A DNA stretch of 64,000 nucleotides from a virus, in the IMG/VR virus record IMGVR_UViG_3300029554_000001; one strand, written 5' to 3'. Under the pieces are notes generated by a model, which saw only the letters and a list, made by a program, of their open reading frames with translations, was not told where the DNA came from and searched no databases. A program made the translations under genes and the position numbers. This document shows positions 1 to 11,593 of this stretch, piece after piece (position 1 is the stretch's first letter; every line of letters starts with the position of its first letter).

Positions 1-190
1 TTCTATAATCCATTTTTCCATATTTTTCAAGTTTAAAACCATGCATCTTTTTCCAGTTATTGCTACAAAATAATAAAGCTTCATCATCAGTAATCTTATC
101 ATTTTGATAAGCAATACTCAACAAACGAACAAAAGGTCTATTATCATCTCTGGCTTTAATCTCAAAATACCTCTTAATAATATTATTCAT
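1..190 (-). CDS. hypothetical protein, truncated by the window edge
   Basis: ATG (rc) at 188-190, open to position 1 (MNNIIKRYFEIKARDD...). Last gene of the leftward module. Confidence 0.35.
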   Translation of the reverse strand, partial: MNNIIKRYFEIKARDDNRPFVRLLSIAYQNDKITDDEALLFCSNNWKKMHGFKLEKYGKMDYR

Positions 191-345
191 AATTTTTTAT
201 ACCTTGTTTTCATTTTATAAACAATTTATCTATAATTTCTTTCTGAATTCAATTCTTTATTTTGCCTATCAAATTACCTATCTTAATTATCCAAATTAAA
301 ATTAGTAAAACAAATATAAACAAATTATTTATAAATTAGCCCAAA

Positions 346-1173
346 TTATTCTTCAGGCATTCTATATACATCATTGTCTCCATCAGTAATAATAACAGGA
401 CAGTCAACCCAATCCATAGTGCCATCACCATTATTTTTATAGCATTTAACATTTACATTCTTAATATCATTAGCGTCTTTAGTACTATTAATATTACCAT
501 CAATTTTATTAGAAATATCATTCATACCAAGATTATTCTTTTCTTTCCCGCTCAAAATCTAACTATTCTTACTCCATTGATTCTTAATCCAATGACCTTC
601 ACTAATAATATTCTGAGCAAACTTGAAACTACGAATCATACACAAATGTTCAGTAATTCTTGTAGAAAGACATTTGCAATTAAAACGAAAATCGTATTCC
701 AAAATTAAATCTTCAATACAGTGTAAATTGGCAAAATCATATTCTTCGTTTTCAAAAGAAGCTATAATCTTATTAGCTTTACTCTTATAAATTTCATAAT
801 CTTTCCAGAAGAACTGAAAATTTTCATCAATATCTTCCCATGTGACATAACAATCTTCTTCAACACCCAAAATTTTCTTACCATCAAAGACAGCTACATC
901 ATTTTCGTGTTCCCTCTTATAACAATCCCATCCAATTCGAATTTCACGAACAGCTTCCAATTTATCACCTTGGTATTTTTCATTCAGATAACCAGCATCT
1001 TGAATATGTTTATCATTTTTAAGATAAACTTTTGCCTGATGAATGATACAATCAAAATCTACACAAAGATTATATCCAATTTCCAAAGCTCTATAAATAT
1101 CTTCCTGAATAGAAATTAATTTATCAAGTTTTTGACATTGCTTAATAACGTAATGCTTTTTAATAATGTTCAT
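346..1173 (-). CDS. hypothetical protein; two track ORFs joined by an in-frame TAG
   Basis: Track ORFs 559..1173 and 346..555 share one frame and are separated only by TAG (rc of 559-561). The joined ORF ends in TAA at 346-348. Confidence 0.5.
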
Positions 1174-1175
1174 TA

Positions 1176-1994
1176 TTACATACCTTCTTCATCACAGTCA
1201 CAACTATCATCATCACTGCATTCATTATTCTTGTACAGCTTAAAACTATCAAAGATATGGTAAATTCTGGCATAATCTCCACCATAGGTATTATCCAAGT
1301 TAAGATTTTCCAACATTTTTTCAAGCGTATCACAAGTAGCATCAATTAATCTAAGCATAGCTAAAGTACAGTTACCATGAATTTCGTTTACAAAGATATC
1401 GGTATAATAAACCTTCTTACCTACTTCTCTGTCATAATTTCCCCAAATATTAGCTGAAATAGTTACATTTTCATTGTGATTCATAAGATTACTTTTAAAA
1501 TTAATAGTAATTGTTGCTTCACGATTAGTTTCACTTTTAGAAGTAAATTTGATATCACAGTAATCCAGAATCAAATGTAATTCTTTTACCCAACAATGTT
1601 CATACAACATGTTAAGATTAGGATATTGTTTTTTCATTTGTTCACAAGTCATTTTATGAAAAGAAATAACTTTTTCTTTATTTTCTTCAATCATATTTTC
1701 AGTCTCACTTTCGATTTTTTTAGATTTCCAATCAAGCTCCCCACAAGAAACCCAATTTTCATATTGCCAATCAATATCACTTATCCAAATGAATTTATAA
1801 TATTTTCCATTATCATCATTTTTAACAACAGCAATATCGCCATTCTCTAATTCATTAGTAGGAATATTATCTAATTGTTTTACATCATGCAATCCATAAT
1901 AATATTTAATTTTTTTGCCAAAGTTGCTTTTTTCAGACATAACTAAATAAGGTTTACCATTAGCTTCGTATTTAGTTTTATTTTCATTTTTCAT
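1176..1994 (-). CDS. hypothetical protein
   Basis: 272-aa ORF tightly packed in the leftward operon; TAA stop. Confidence 0.6.
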   Translation of the reverse strand: MKNENKTKYEANGKPYLVMSEKSNFGKKIKYYYGLHDVKQLDNIPTNELENGDIAVVKNDDNGKYYKFIWISDIDWQYENWVSCGELDWKSKKIESETENMIEENKEKVISFHKMTCEQMKKQYPNLNMLYEHCWVKELHLILDYCDIKFTSKSETNREATITINFKSNLMNHNENVTISANIWGNYDREVGKKVYYTDIFVNEIHGNCTLAMLRLIDATCDTLEKMLENLNLDNTYGGDYARIYHIFDSFKLYKNNECSDDDSCDCDEEGM

Positions 1995-2627
1995 CGGAAT
2001 AAATCCTCTTTACATATAAAATTATTATAAACTTCTTTTGTCAAATCAACTTTTGTTCCATTATTGTCAATAACGTAATCATAAGTAATTCCTGATTTAC
2101 TTACACCATCATCAGCATGATTACCATATTTACTATTTTCATTTAAAACTTTTCTATTGATTTTAATTGTTTTACAATAAATTCCTTTTTTTACAACAAT
2201 ATTCTTTAATCCATGTAATATCTTTATCTTCTCTTGCATGTAAAAACAAAATTTTTCTACCAAAGGTGGTATAATTGTATAATACTGCTTCAATTTTTTC
2301 TTTGAGATATTTATAAGTTACATTATCCCAATAATCAAGCATATCTTTTAATTCACAAAGGAATCGTCTATCCATAGGTCGTTTAGTTTCTTCATCCCAA
2401 CCCATTAAAGAAGCCCACTTTTTAGCAGGAGCAGAAGTATAGTAGTTATGGACTAAACAATGAGGGTCAAAATTATCCATAGCTGTCCAAACTAAATTAC
2501 AAAAAGTGTCTTTACCAGACCCTCCAGAACCATTTATAATATAAACTTTAAAATAAGACATAATTTTTCTCCTTGTAAAATCCACAGATAAAATTTTTAA
2601 GTTGTTATTTATAATGGAAACACCCAA
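1991..2627 (-). CDS. P-loop deoxynucleoside-monophosphate kinase-like protein, reading frame broken at a homopolymer
   Basis: Walker A motif GSGGSGKDT lies in track ORF 2172..2627. The expected C-terminal part (GNHADDGV...YDYVIDNNGT) continues in track ORF 1991..2293. The frames switch at a T7/A7 run at 2186-2192. Confidence 0.55.
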
Positions 2628-2947
2628 TCTTTCGTTAAATGTTTAAGAAAATCTTGTTTTATTATGTTAGAAATAAAATAAGCAATTGTTTTCCAAGCTG
2701 GTTGACTAAGACTATAAACGCAAGGAACAAATAATTCTTCATAAATAAATGATTCATCTAAATGTTCGTGAAAAATCAAATCATTAAGAGTAGGAATCTT
2801 AAAAACAAAAGTAAATCCATCTCCTCTTGTCCAATTACAGTCAATTAAATTGTTAAAACAAAAAAAGGAAGAATCAGAATAATCTTGACTAATATCCTGA
2901 GTTAATTTATCAAAAAGTTCTTCACAAAAATCTAAATAATTCATCAT
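2609..2947 (-). CDS. hypothetical protein
   Basis: 112-aa ORF that overlaps both neighbouring genes. Confidence 0.55.
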   Translation of the reverse strand: MMNYLDFCEELFDKLTQDISQDYSDSSFFCFNNLIDCNWTRGDGFTFVFKIPTLNDLIFHEHLDESFIYEELFVPCVYSLSQPAWKTIAYFISNIIKQDFLKHLTKDWVFPL

Positions 2948-3585
2948 AATTTTATATCTTTCTTAATAACTTCTCTTTTACCATCAAGTCCAACAATAAT
3001 AACATCTTCATTCTTAGTATTAAGAATAACAAAAGGTCTTTGGACACCGCAACAATTCTTTTCAGCAGCTTCAAGAGCAGTAAGAATATGTTGTTCAGGA
3101 GTAAAATCTTTCATATATTTAGTAGTAGCATAAAGACTTCCTTTAGCAGTTACCTCACCACAACCGACAGCAGAATAACCAGTCAAAGGTTCAAGAACAG
3201 AATAATCATTCTGAATTTCATAAAGTTTTCCATCAATACCTACTAAGAAATTACCACCTTTATCTCCATTATCTTTAATACCATTTTCAAAAAGAGTAAT
3301 AATATTAGGAACAAAAGTAGTAACCATATATTCATGATTTACTTTAGTTTCACCAGAAGGAATTTTATATTTATCAATCTCAGGAAATAAAGTTTTACTA
3401 TATTTAAGCAAATCAATATGTCTAAAAGTAGAAGTACTACCCATAACAACATTTTTCAAAGTAGTATTTCTAAATACTTTAGGATTAGATTCGACATCTT
3501 GAGTATAACCATTACTACCAAGGCTATCTGCACCAATCCAAGTGACATTATTTTTCTTATCCGTAAAACCAACGATACAAGTCAT
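2944..3585 (-). CDS. Ntn-hydrolase, proteasome beta / HslV-like protease
   Basis: N-terminus MTCIVG places Thr directly after the initiator Met. Size of 213 aa and the GSTS and GCG segments fit the proteasome-type fold. Confidence 0.45.
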   Translation of the reverse strand: MTCIVGFTDKKNNVTWIGADSLGSNGYTQDVESNPKVFRNTTLKNVVMGSTSTFRHIDLLKYSKTLFPEIDKYKIPSGETKVNHEYMVTTFVPNIITLFENGIKDNGDKGGNFLVGIDGKLYEIQNDYSVLEPLTGYSAVGCGEVTAKGSLYATTKYMKDFTPEQHILTALEAAEKNCCGVQRPFVILNTKNEDVIIVGLDGKREVIKKDIKL

Positions 3586-3604
3586 AATTAATTTTTACCT
3601 CTAT

Positions 3605-4378
3605 TTAAGTATTTTTTAATTTATACAGAGTTTCTTTTTTTACAGTGTTTTTTTCAATCAATCCAAGTTCAATAAGAGCTTCTAAATATTTTCTTAAAGT
3701 AGTAGAAGATAAAGATGTTTTCTGTAATAGAAATTTTAAAGTAATAGCTTCTTTATATTTCCAACCATTAGGAAAAGTTTTGTTTAATGCTTGCCTTCTA
3801 TCAATAAGCATTTTAATTAAAAGATAAGTATTAAGTAAACTATCTACTTTAAGTTTAGATTTTGTTGTTTTATCTTTTAAACAATATTTCATAATTATTA
3901 AATAATCTTTAATACTTAAAGTAGTAAAATTATTAATAATAATTTCATCATAAAGTTCAATAGATAACATATATTGAGGAAATCTTTGATATTGTGTTAA
4001 AAGTTTTTCTTTTTGCAATTCAATATCTTTTTCACAAGTATTTATATCAAATTCACAACAATTAAAGTAATCTCCATATTTAGGAATATCAATAACTGAC
4101 TCAGAGATAATTTCTTTTTTTCTATTAACAATAGTATTTGATAGAAGATATAAAGATGATAGAATTTTACTAATTTTAGAAGCTTTAGTTTTTTGATTTT
4201 CCATGCTATCATCTACATAACATTCTTCTAAAAATAAAATACTACTATTTACTTTTCCAAGCATGTTTCTATTAATGGCTAAAAATAGATATGTTAAAGA
4301 AGTATATGAATTTACTCTGTTAGAAAGTTCTATTATTCCATTAGGAATCTTTACAAACAAAGAATCATATTTGCTCAA
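3605..4378 (-). CDS. hypothetical DNA-binding protein with a winged-helix-like C-terminus
   Basis: 257-aa ORF; the C-terminal TLRKYLEALIELGLIEK resembles a wHTH recognition region. Confidence 0.45.
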   Translation of the reverse strand: MSKYDSLFVKIPNGIIELSNRVNSYTSLTYLFLAINRNMLGKVNSSILFLEECYVDDSMENQKTKASKISKILSSLYLLSNTIVNRKKEIISESVIDIPKYGDYFNCCEFDINTCEKDIELQKEKLLTQYQRFPQYMLSIELYDEIIINNFTTLSIKDYLIIMKYCLKDKTTKSKLKVDSLLNTYLLIKMLIDRRQALNKTFPNGWKYKEAITLKFLLQKTSLSSTTLRKYLEALIELGLIEKNTVKKETLYKLKNT

Positions 4379-4463
4379 AAATATACTCCTACTTTCTTAT
4401 TTTATTTCAAAAGAAGAATACCATAATTATTTTTCCTTGTCAAGTCTTTTGATAAGCTTTTCT

Positions 4464-4760
4464 TTAAATTTTCAAAAATCTTTTAAATATAGAAAAATAA
4501 AGACTAAAGTGCATTGAATGCCAAGCCTTGATAAAGGCGCAGGCATATTGTCTTTCTTTGTTATATATAGAGTCTATATTAGAGTACCCCATAAAGGACG
4601 ATAATTTTTCCCTTAAATTCTCTATATTCTGGAGCATTTTACAATCGTCAAGAAATGTATGAGTAGTTTTAACATTTCCGTAAGATGCGTAAAATTTTGT
4701 ATGAGTAAAATTGACATTTTTAATTTTGAATATTTCTTCTGATGAAAGTATAACATACAA
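4464..4760 (-). CDS. doubtful ORF overlapping the leftward promoter
   Basis: 98-aa track ORF whose start codon overlaps the predicted -10 element. It may be a leader or regulatory region instead. Confidence 0.2.
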   Translation of the reverse strand: MYVILSSEEIFKIKNVNFTHTKFYASYGNVKTTHTFLDDCKMLQNIENLREKLSSFMGYSNIDSIYNKERQYACAFIKAWHSMHFSLYFSIFKRFLKI

Positions 4761-4776
4761 AACATAGAAAAGTCAA
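4747..4776 (-). promoter_or_regulatory. sigma70-type promoter for the leftward module
   Basis: On the minus strand: TTGACT, 18-nt spacer, TGtTATACT (extended -10). Confidence 0.45.
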
Positions 4777-4814
4777 GGGGTTTATGAACATCACTAAAAA
4801 ATTTTCGGAAATAG

Positions 4815-4843
4815 TTGACAGGAATAGAAACATGTGTTACAAT
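4815..4843 (+). promoter_or_regulatory. sigma70-type promoter for the rightward genes
   Basis: TTGACA (4815-4820), 17-nt spacer, TGt TACAAT (4838-4843). Confidence 0.6.
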
Positions 4844-4963
4844 TCAGACATGAAAGAAAAGCGGATGAATACCAATGAGAATTGTGAATTCGTCCAAAAA
4901 AATATAGAAAGAGAGGTACAACAATGTATAATTCTTAAGCAAAAAAGCAATGCAAAAGCATAG

Positions 4964-5701
4964 ATGAATACATTAAAGCAACCGATGGAGATTGTAAAAA
5001 ATATAGATATAGACCTTAATAAGAGGACAATTTTTTTAGATGTAGATGATGTTTTGTTAGATAGTTCAGCGGCAGTAGTAGCTATTTTAAATTAGCGTTA
5101 TGGTTTAAATAAGACTTTAGATGATTTGGTTGACTGGGGATACAAAAGTATTTATAGAAATTTAACTAAAGAACAAGTTAGTGAAATTTACGAATCAGAA
5201 AAATTTTGGTCATTAGTAAAGCCTAATGAAATATTAATGAAAGCTTTAGAAGATTCCGAAGAAGATGAACAAGGAATCTGGCGACAATATAATTGGATAT
5301 TACTTACCAAAGGCTCAAAAGAATCACTACAGAAGAAGCTTGATTATTTAAATAAGATTCCGTTTTTTAAACGTAATGAATCGAAATGGCGGTATTTTGG
5401 ATTAGGTCATGGAGAGAAGAAAGAAGATGTTCATATGTTAGGACGGATTCAAATTGATGATAATTATAGCTTTCTTAATAGAACTGATGCAGATTTAAAG
5501 ATTCTGGTAAGGAATGGTAAAGAGACAAGATTTAATCGACCTAAAGTTGAGACAGAAAATCTTGAAAATTTATATATTGTAGATAATATTTCACAAGTTT
5601 TTGAAATTTTAGAATTTATAACAAAATTAGATACTGAAGATATTGACCTTGATGGTTTTGATATTATGGATATGATTACTGAGGTTAGTCAAATTATTTA
5701 A
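4964..5701 (+). CDS. HAD-family 5'(3')-deoxyribonucleotidase-like protein
   Basis: DxDxV motif in FLDVDDVLLDS. One in-frame TAG (ILN-TAG-RYG) joins the N-terminus to track ORF 5126..5701. Confidence 0.6.
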
Positions 5702-5726
5702 AATTCCAGCGAAGGAAGGTAACTAA

Positions 5727-7735
5727 GTGCGTTTATTTTACACCGTTAAGCTTAACAGTGCATTAATTAAAGAAAACGGCTATAATTTAGACATTAGTTT
5801 TCAAGATTGTTTAAAGAGTAATCTAATTGTTTCTTTAGCAGATAGTCAAATGCTAAAGAGTATTCGTGATATAACTGGTTAGAAGATTGATAGAGTCCAG
5901 CTTGAGGAATGGTACTCTGAAAGAGATAAATTAAAAAAAGGAAAAAACAGCAAAAATAATAGGGATAGAATTAAAGAGCTACAAAGAAAAATCTATAACA
6001 TGATGTTTATACCACAGTATATTACTGTAAGCATGGAAAATGTTAAATCTTATCGAGATATCTATGAAAATGGTTTTTCTTTTACTATTGATTGTGGAGA
6101 GCCTATTATTAAAACTGTTAAAAATAAAGATGGTTTAAATGAAGACATAGTTATCGGTTACGAGAAAGTAACGTATCATTATAAACGTTTATCTTGTTCA
6201 GCATCTCAAGCACGAGTAAGCACAGTAGTTTTTTGTGAAGAAACTATTTTGTCAGAATTAAAGAGAAGGCTTGATAATGGACGTAATATGGATGATTACA
6301 AAATCGCCCCTAGTAAGTATAATGCATATTTTGGTTTATATTCGAGTGCAATAAAAGAAGTTACCAAACCAAGATTTTGTATAATTCCAGATTATTCAGA
6401 AGTAAGACCTGTTGATGTTGATTTTGTGATTGAACAACCAGCAGACCAAGATGATATTGTCGAAGAAAGAACAGTAGACGTTGAATTTAATATGGTCGAT
6501 GGTTCTGGTTTAATTAGTCCTCAAATGGCTGAACAATGGGGAAAAGACCTTGAAGAAGATTATACTCCTTGTCAATTTTGTATCCGCTGTGCTTTCACAA
6601 AAGGGGCTGTAAATGAATTTGATTTTGTTGACTGGTGTAAAGAACTTAACAACGAGAATTATTTAATTAAAGATGTTTACGGCAACTATGTAGATGTAAG
6701 AAATATTGATGTTATTCTTACAGAAGGTATGGCAAAACTTTGGAGTGCTTGGGGTTCTCAAGAAAGTTTTGAAGAAAATTGTCAAAAGAATGGTATCATT
6801 TGGGGAGTAACCAAATATGCTCCTAAACAAGACAAAGAAGTAAATACAGCAAATTATCAATTTTTGCAAACTTTAAATCTTACGCCAGAAATGGTAAAAG
6901 ATGTTTGTAAACTAACAGTTGATTATATTCAAGGTGTAAGTTATGATAATATTTATTACACTTTATTATTCCTTCTTGGCGAAAATTTGACTCAAGATAA
7001 TATTGAAAATTATATGAAATCAAGCGATAATTATTGGTTAAAGTCTCTTGTTTTAAATAATTCTTTGTTATATGATAAATATTCTAAAGAAAAAGTAAGA
7101 GATTTTATTATTAGAAAAATTGAACTTGCTTGTCTTGGAAAAATTATGGTTCATGGTAATTTTCAATGTATTGTAGTTGATGGGTATGCTTTTATGCAAG
7201 CTGCTACTGGTCAAAAAGTAACTGGTTTGTTAAATGCAGGAGAAATGTATTCGCAATTTTGGAATAAGAGAAATGTTACTAAAGTAGACACAATGCGTAG
7301 CCCACTCACTCATTTTAGCGAGCACTACCCTGTTGAATTAAAGAATACAGAAGAAATGAAAAAGTGGTACAAGTACAGTTATAGTGGAGTAATTGTTAAT
7401 TGCCACGATGCACATACAATGCATTGGGCAGGAAGTGACTATGACTATGACATTATATTTACTTGCGATAATCCAAATTTTATTAATGGTGTTTATCCAG
7501 ACCAAAGAGTAGTAACTTACAATGCTAAAAAACCTCACAAAAAGCCAGCGAGAGAAATGACTGATTTGGATTTGTATAATACTGATACATTCAGTTTTGG
7601 TACAAGAATTGGTCAAATTACCAATATTTGTTCTACATTTGTTGGTATGTTACCTTTGTTTGAAAAAGGTAGTAAAGAAGAAAAATTGTTGCAAGATAGA
7701 GTTAGGTCGTGTTGTGCGGCTCAATCGAGACAGAT
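5727..7735 (+). CDS. single-subunit RNA polymerase of the RdRP/YonO type, exon 1
   Basis: GTG start after the RBS GAAGGAAGG; in-frame TAG at 5880-5882. TMRSPLTHFSEH ... HWAGSDYDYDIIF matches the RNPxLHPGD ... DxDGD catalytic pattern of eukaryotic-type RdRPs and YonO. Confidence 0.6.
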
Positions 7736-8928
7736 TAATTAAATAGTCTGGCTATTTGGTAACAAATAGAAAAATTTACATGGTGAACCTATAAATATAG
7801 GGTGTCATTCTCACTTTTGGAATTATAGGAAATGATAATTAAGAGAATGGCTAACAGGGGAAGCCTAAGTTGTTTAATATGGTAATCCTGTGGTAGAAGA
7901 ATTGTTTAATTATAAAAGAAAGGAGGAAATTCAATGGGTGGATGGAATTTTATTGATAGAACTGGAATGACCTTTGGAAAATTAAAAGTACAAAAGTATT
8001 TAGGGAATAAAAAGTGGTTGTGTCACTGTGAGTGTGGAAATGATTGTATTGTTAATTCAGATAATCTTCCCATTAACGGCAAAAGAAGAATGACAAAATC
8101 TTGTGGCTGTTTGAAAGAAAGTCGCCTAATAAAGAATTTAGATTTCTTTGATGTTATTGATACTGAAGAAAAGGCTTATATTTTAGGATTTTTAGCCTCG
8201 GATGGGTGTGTTACTTATAATGAAGAAACAAAATCTTATTATATAAAAGTAGTTGTTAATTCAATTGATAGAGATTTACTAATACAATTCAAAAAAGCTT
8301 TTGGAACAAAAGCAGAAGTGAAAATTTTTAAAACATTTACACACTTACCCCAAGGTGGCGAATGTGAATCTGAAATGAGTAGTTTGTTATTATGCAGTAA
8401 GCATTTAACTAAACAATTAATAAAATATGGAGTAACACCAAAGAAAAGTTTAACTCTTGATATTGATTATTCTCTTGTTCCAGATAATTTAAAGAGACAC
8501 TTTTGGAGAGGCTTGTTTGATGGTGACGGAACTTTTGGGCTTTTTGGTAAGAAAAAACTTTTAGAGGTTAGTTTGACTACATCAAAAAATATGGCTGAAC
8601 ATACAAAAGAAGAAATCCTTAAGTTTTTTCCAGAAAGTAAAATTGGATGTTATTTAAGAAAAGAATGTTCTGGTAACACTTACAACATGATTTTCACTAC
8701 TCAAAAAGATGGGTTAAATTTTTTATCTTATATGTATGAAAATAGTAATATAAGATTAGAAAGAAAATATCAAAAATATTTAGAAATTAAAAACAATTCT
8801 TAAACTCAAACGACTATCCCGAGAGGGAGTACATTTAAGGTGAAATTCCTTATTTGGAAGTGCCATGCTCCTTGTTTACAAGGATGAAGATATAGTCTAG
8901 CCCTTTAAGGAAACTAAAGGTAGTAGCG
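7736..8928 (+). mobile_element. group I intron with a LAGLIDADG ORF inside the RNA polymerase gene
   Basis: P1: exon CAGAT (7731-7735) pairs with GTCTG (7746-7750), giving a U-G pair at the splice site. The core CTCAAACGACTATC ... GAGTAC ... GATATAGTCT follows the ORF. Splicing after G8928 restores the frame (...AAQSRQI-DKTKIGENVK...). Confidence 0.7.
7934..8803 (+). CDS. LAGLIDADG homing endonuclease, intron-encoded
   Basis: Two LAGLIDADG motifs (ILGFLASDGCV and WRGLFDGDGTF); own RBS AAAGGAGG. Confidence 0.85.
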   Translation: MGGWNFIDRTGMTFGKLKVQKYLGNKKWLCHCECGNDCIVNSDNLPINGKRRMTKSCGCLKESRLIKNLDFFDVIDTEEKAYILGFLASDGCVTYNEETKSYYIKVVVNSIDRDLLIQFKKAFGTKAEVKIFKTFTHLPQGGECESEMSSLLLCSKHLTKQLIKYGVTPKKSLTLDIDYSLVPDNLKRHFWRGLFDGDGTFGLFGKKKLLEVSLTTSKNMAEHTKEEILKFFPESKIGCYLRKECSGNTYNMIFTTQKDGLNFLSYMYENSNIRLERKYQKYLEIKNNS

Positions 8929-9835
8929 AGATAAAACCAAGATTGGCGAAAATGTTAAAGCAGAAGCAACAATTTGGAAACAATATCAACATATAAATCC
9001 AGAAGATTCTCCAGAAGAAATTAAAAGGAAAGAATTTCTTAATTCTCTCTTAGCTGATAAAAAGCCTTATTTTTTCCGATACAAATATAACACTTTAAGT
9101 AAAGAATACAATGAATTTGTTAAGAAAAACGACCAAGATTGCCAGCTTAGATTTGCTTGCTCTTTAAAAGAGTTGTTAGCTAAAGATGAGAATTTATTAA
9201 ATGAAAGTCAAAAAGAATTTATTAGATATTATAAACATTTTCTTCCTGTGGTTGATTCTAATTGTGTGATGAATCAAATTTGTAAATATATTGAAAATGT
9301 TGATTTCCATATTAGAGAAAAAGTACGTTCTTCTCAAAACTTTGATTATCATACTTTAATGTCTGATGGTTTTGTAATTAATAAAAAGATATATGAACAA
9401 ATTAACGATTTAGTATCAAGTAGAATTAAGGAATGGGCAGCTAAAAGAACAGAAAAAGTTCTTGACGGAGCATTTGCAAGTAAGACAGTAAATCCAAGCA
9501 AGGTTCTTGATAGAGATTTAGAATATAATATTTTAAGACAAGATTTATTAACTAATATTTGTTCTAATGAAGAACAATTAGCAAACCATTTAATATATTT
9601 ATTTTATGTAGATAAACAGTCTTATAACAAGAATATTCTTTGGGCTTTAGTTGGAAGACAAATATACGAGAATATAAGAAAAAAGACCTCTGTTTATTAT
9701 TTTCCTCAAAAGAATCCTAATGGTTCTTTAGAGTTTTTATATGAGAAGTATTCTATTGAAAGAGTGCTTGTAAGTCATGAAGAGGAAATTGAAGAAGAGG
9801 AAAAAGGTATAAAGGAGGAATCTTTTTATGATTGA
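8929..9835 (+). CDS. RdRP/YonO-type RNA polymerase, exon 2
   Basis: Open upstream of track ORF 9173..9835 back to the proposed 3' splice site; TGA stop. Confidence 0.55.
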
Positions 9836-10862
9836 CATTTATGATGAAGAGGGTTATATTCAGGAAGTTCTTTAGAATGGTTTTTCTCAAAAATGGTAGA
9901 GAGATGCTGCTTTATTGGTAAAGTATTTTAAAACAGAATATGCACTTGGAAATTAGCCTTCTTGGAATAAAGAATGGGTTAAAGAAACGATTAAAGAAAA
10001 GTGTAAAAAGTATGTACCAACTTATGACCCTAATGTAACTTTTAATAGAGTTAATAAGTTGGTAGATACAACTTGGAAGAATTGGAAAGTTGACCCTGAT
10101 AACCTAAAAGAATCATCTTAGCTTAGGAAAATAAAAGAGATAAAAATTCCCGAAGCGGTATTGAACTGGTTTTTAAATCTTGATACATATTATATAACAG
10201 ACGAAGAAGTAAAAGATATTAAATCAAGGCGTAAGAATGTTAGTGTAAAGAATCACCCAATTACAATGGCACGAGCTAAATATTTATTTACTTTATATGT
10301 ATGGACAAAAATTTAGGAAAACTATTTAAGTAGACCTAATATACATTATCTTGAGAAATATAATAAGAAGTTAAGAAATGATGCTGATTTAAAGCCAAGT
10401 TTTTCTCTCACGAAAGAAAGAAACGTATTATTTGATTTAGGATTCATAGATATAAATCATGGACTTGGAGTAACTCCTATATTTATGGACAAAGAGGATT
10501 TCAAAGAAGCGGAGAAAGATGAAAAGGTAATTTTATTGGGTCGGAATGACCTCTATTTGTGCGGAAAATGGCTTGAAATGAGGAAATTCGGAACTTTTAA
10601 GTGTCAAAAATGTCGGAAATTATTGCCACGTTCGGCAAATAAAAGAGGTTAGCCAAGAAAATATTGTGAAGAATGTGCAAAATCTTTGAAAACACATACT
10701 AACGAAAAATATTATTGCATTAATTGTGGAAAAGAAATTGAACATAATAGTGTAACATAGAGAATTCATAAACGTTGCGCAACTTGTCAAGACCTTTATC
10801 GTAAAATGAAAGACAGGGAAAGAAAAAGAAATTTGGAAAATTCCACAAATAAGGCGATTTAA
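9828..10862 (+). CDS. hypothetical Cys-rich (zinc-ribbon) protein with 7 in-frame TAG codons
   Basis: Its ATG overlaps the polymerase stop (ATGATTGA). A 344-codon frame has no TAA or TGA. C-terminal CxxC pairs are present (CQKCRK, CEEC, CINCG, CATCQ). The gene is invisible in the standard-code track. Confidence 0.6.
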
Positions 10863-10992
10863 TCGACTTGTGTTTTAACCATATAAAATAAGGCAAAAAC
10901 GACAACTTTTTAAAAAAATAATATCTGCGTAGGTGGAAGGAAGAATAGAAACGCTCCTTCCAAATTTAAAAATAAAAAGGATTGATTAATTT

Positions 10993-11427
10993 ATGATTAA
11001 GGTTTCTAAATACGAGCGTAAAGAATTAGAGAGAGTTGGTCTTCTTAAGAATAGACAGGTTGGTTTGAATCCACAGGATGCAAATTATACTGTTACTAAT
11101 AGAGAACATGTAGGTCGTGATAAGACAATTTATGTTGCTGAAGAACCTGAAATTATGCTTTTCTTGGGTAAGTATGATGATTTGAATCTTCAGAGAATTA
11201 GTGTTAATCAGTATAACAAGCTTGTTGAAAAGAAGATTTTGAATGATGCAAATACTCAGCGTTGGGGCGAATATAAAGTCAACGCTATTTGTTTTCAAGA
11301 TTCTTACGGTGTTTATCGTTGTAAGAAAATTTCTAAGATTATGCTTGAACTTGGTATTTGGAGCAACAACAAGTCTAAGGGGAGCTACAAACCCCACAAG
11401 GTTGTTGAAGTACATACTGAAGATTAA
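10993..11427 (+). CDS. hypothetical protein
   Basis: 144-aa ORF preceded by the RBS AAAGGA. Confidence 0.6.
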   Translation: MIKVSKYERKELERVGLLKNRQVGLNPQDANYTVTNREHVGRDKTIYVAEEPEIMLFLGKYDDLNLQRISVNQYNKLVEKKILNDANTQRWGEYKVNAICFQDSYGVYRCKKISKIMLELGIWSNNKSKGSYKPHKVVEVHTED

Positions 11428-11471
11428 TAGAAACTATTTCTAAAATTTACGAAAAAATTTTTCAAAAACTC

Positions 11472-11500
11472 TTGACAAGGATATAAAATTGTGTTATATA
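11472..11500 (+). promoter_or_regulatory. sigma70-type promoter upstream of the HU gene
   Basis: TTGACA (11472-11477), 17-nt spacer, TGt TATATA (11495-11500). Confidence 0.6.
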
Positions 11501-11593
11501 TAAAACAAGTCAAGGGGAAGCCTTGATAAATAAAGGTTTTAAAAGGTAATTTTAAAAATAAAATTTAAAAGATTTAAAGGAGTATTTAATATT

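Noticed and set aside
7934-8803. The LAGLIDADG ORF in the polymerase gene as an intein
   Set aside because: The flanking polymerase frame is closed by TAA on both sides. The ORF has its own RBS and ATG, and group I core elements (P1 with a U-G pair, ACGACTATC...GATATAGTCT) surround it.
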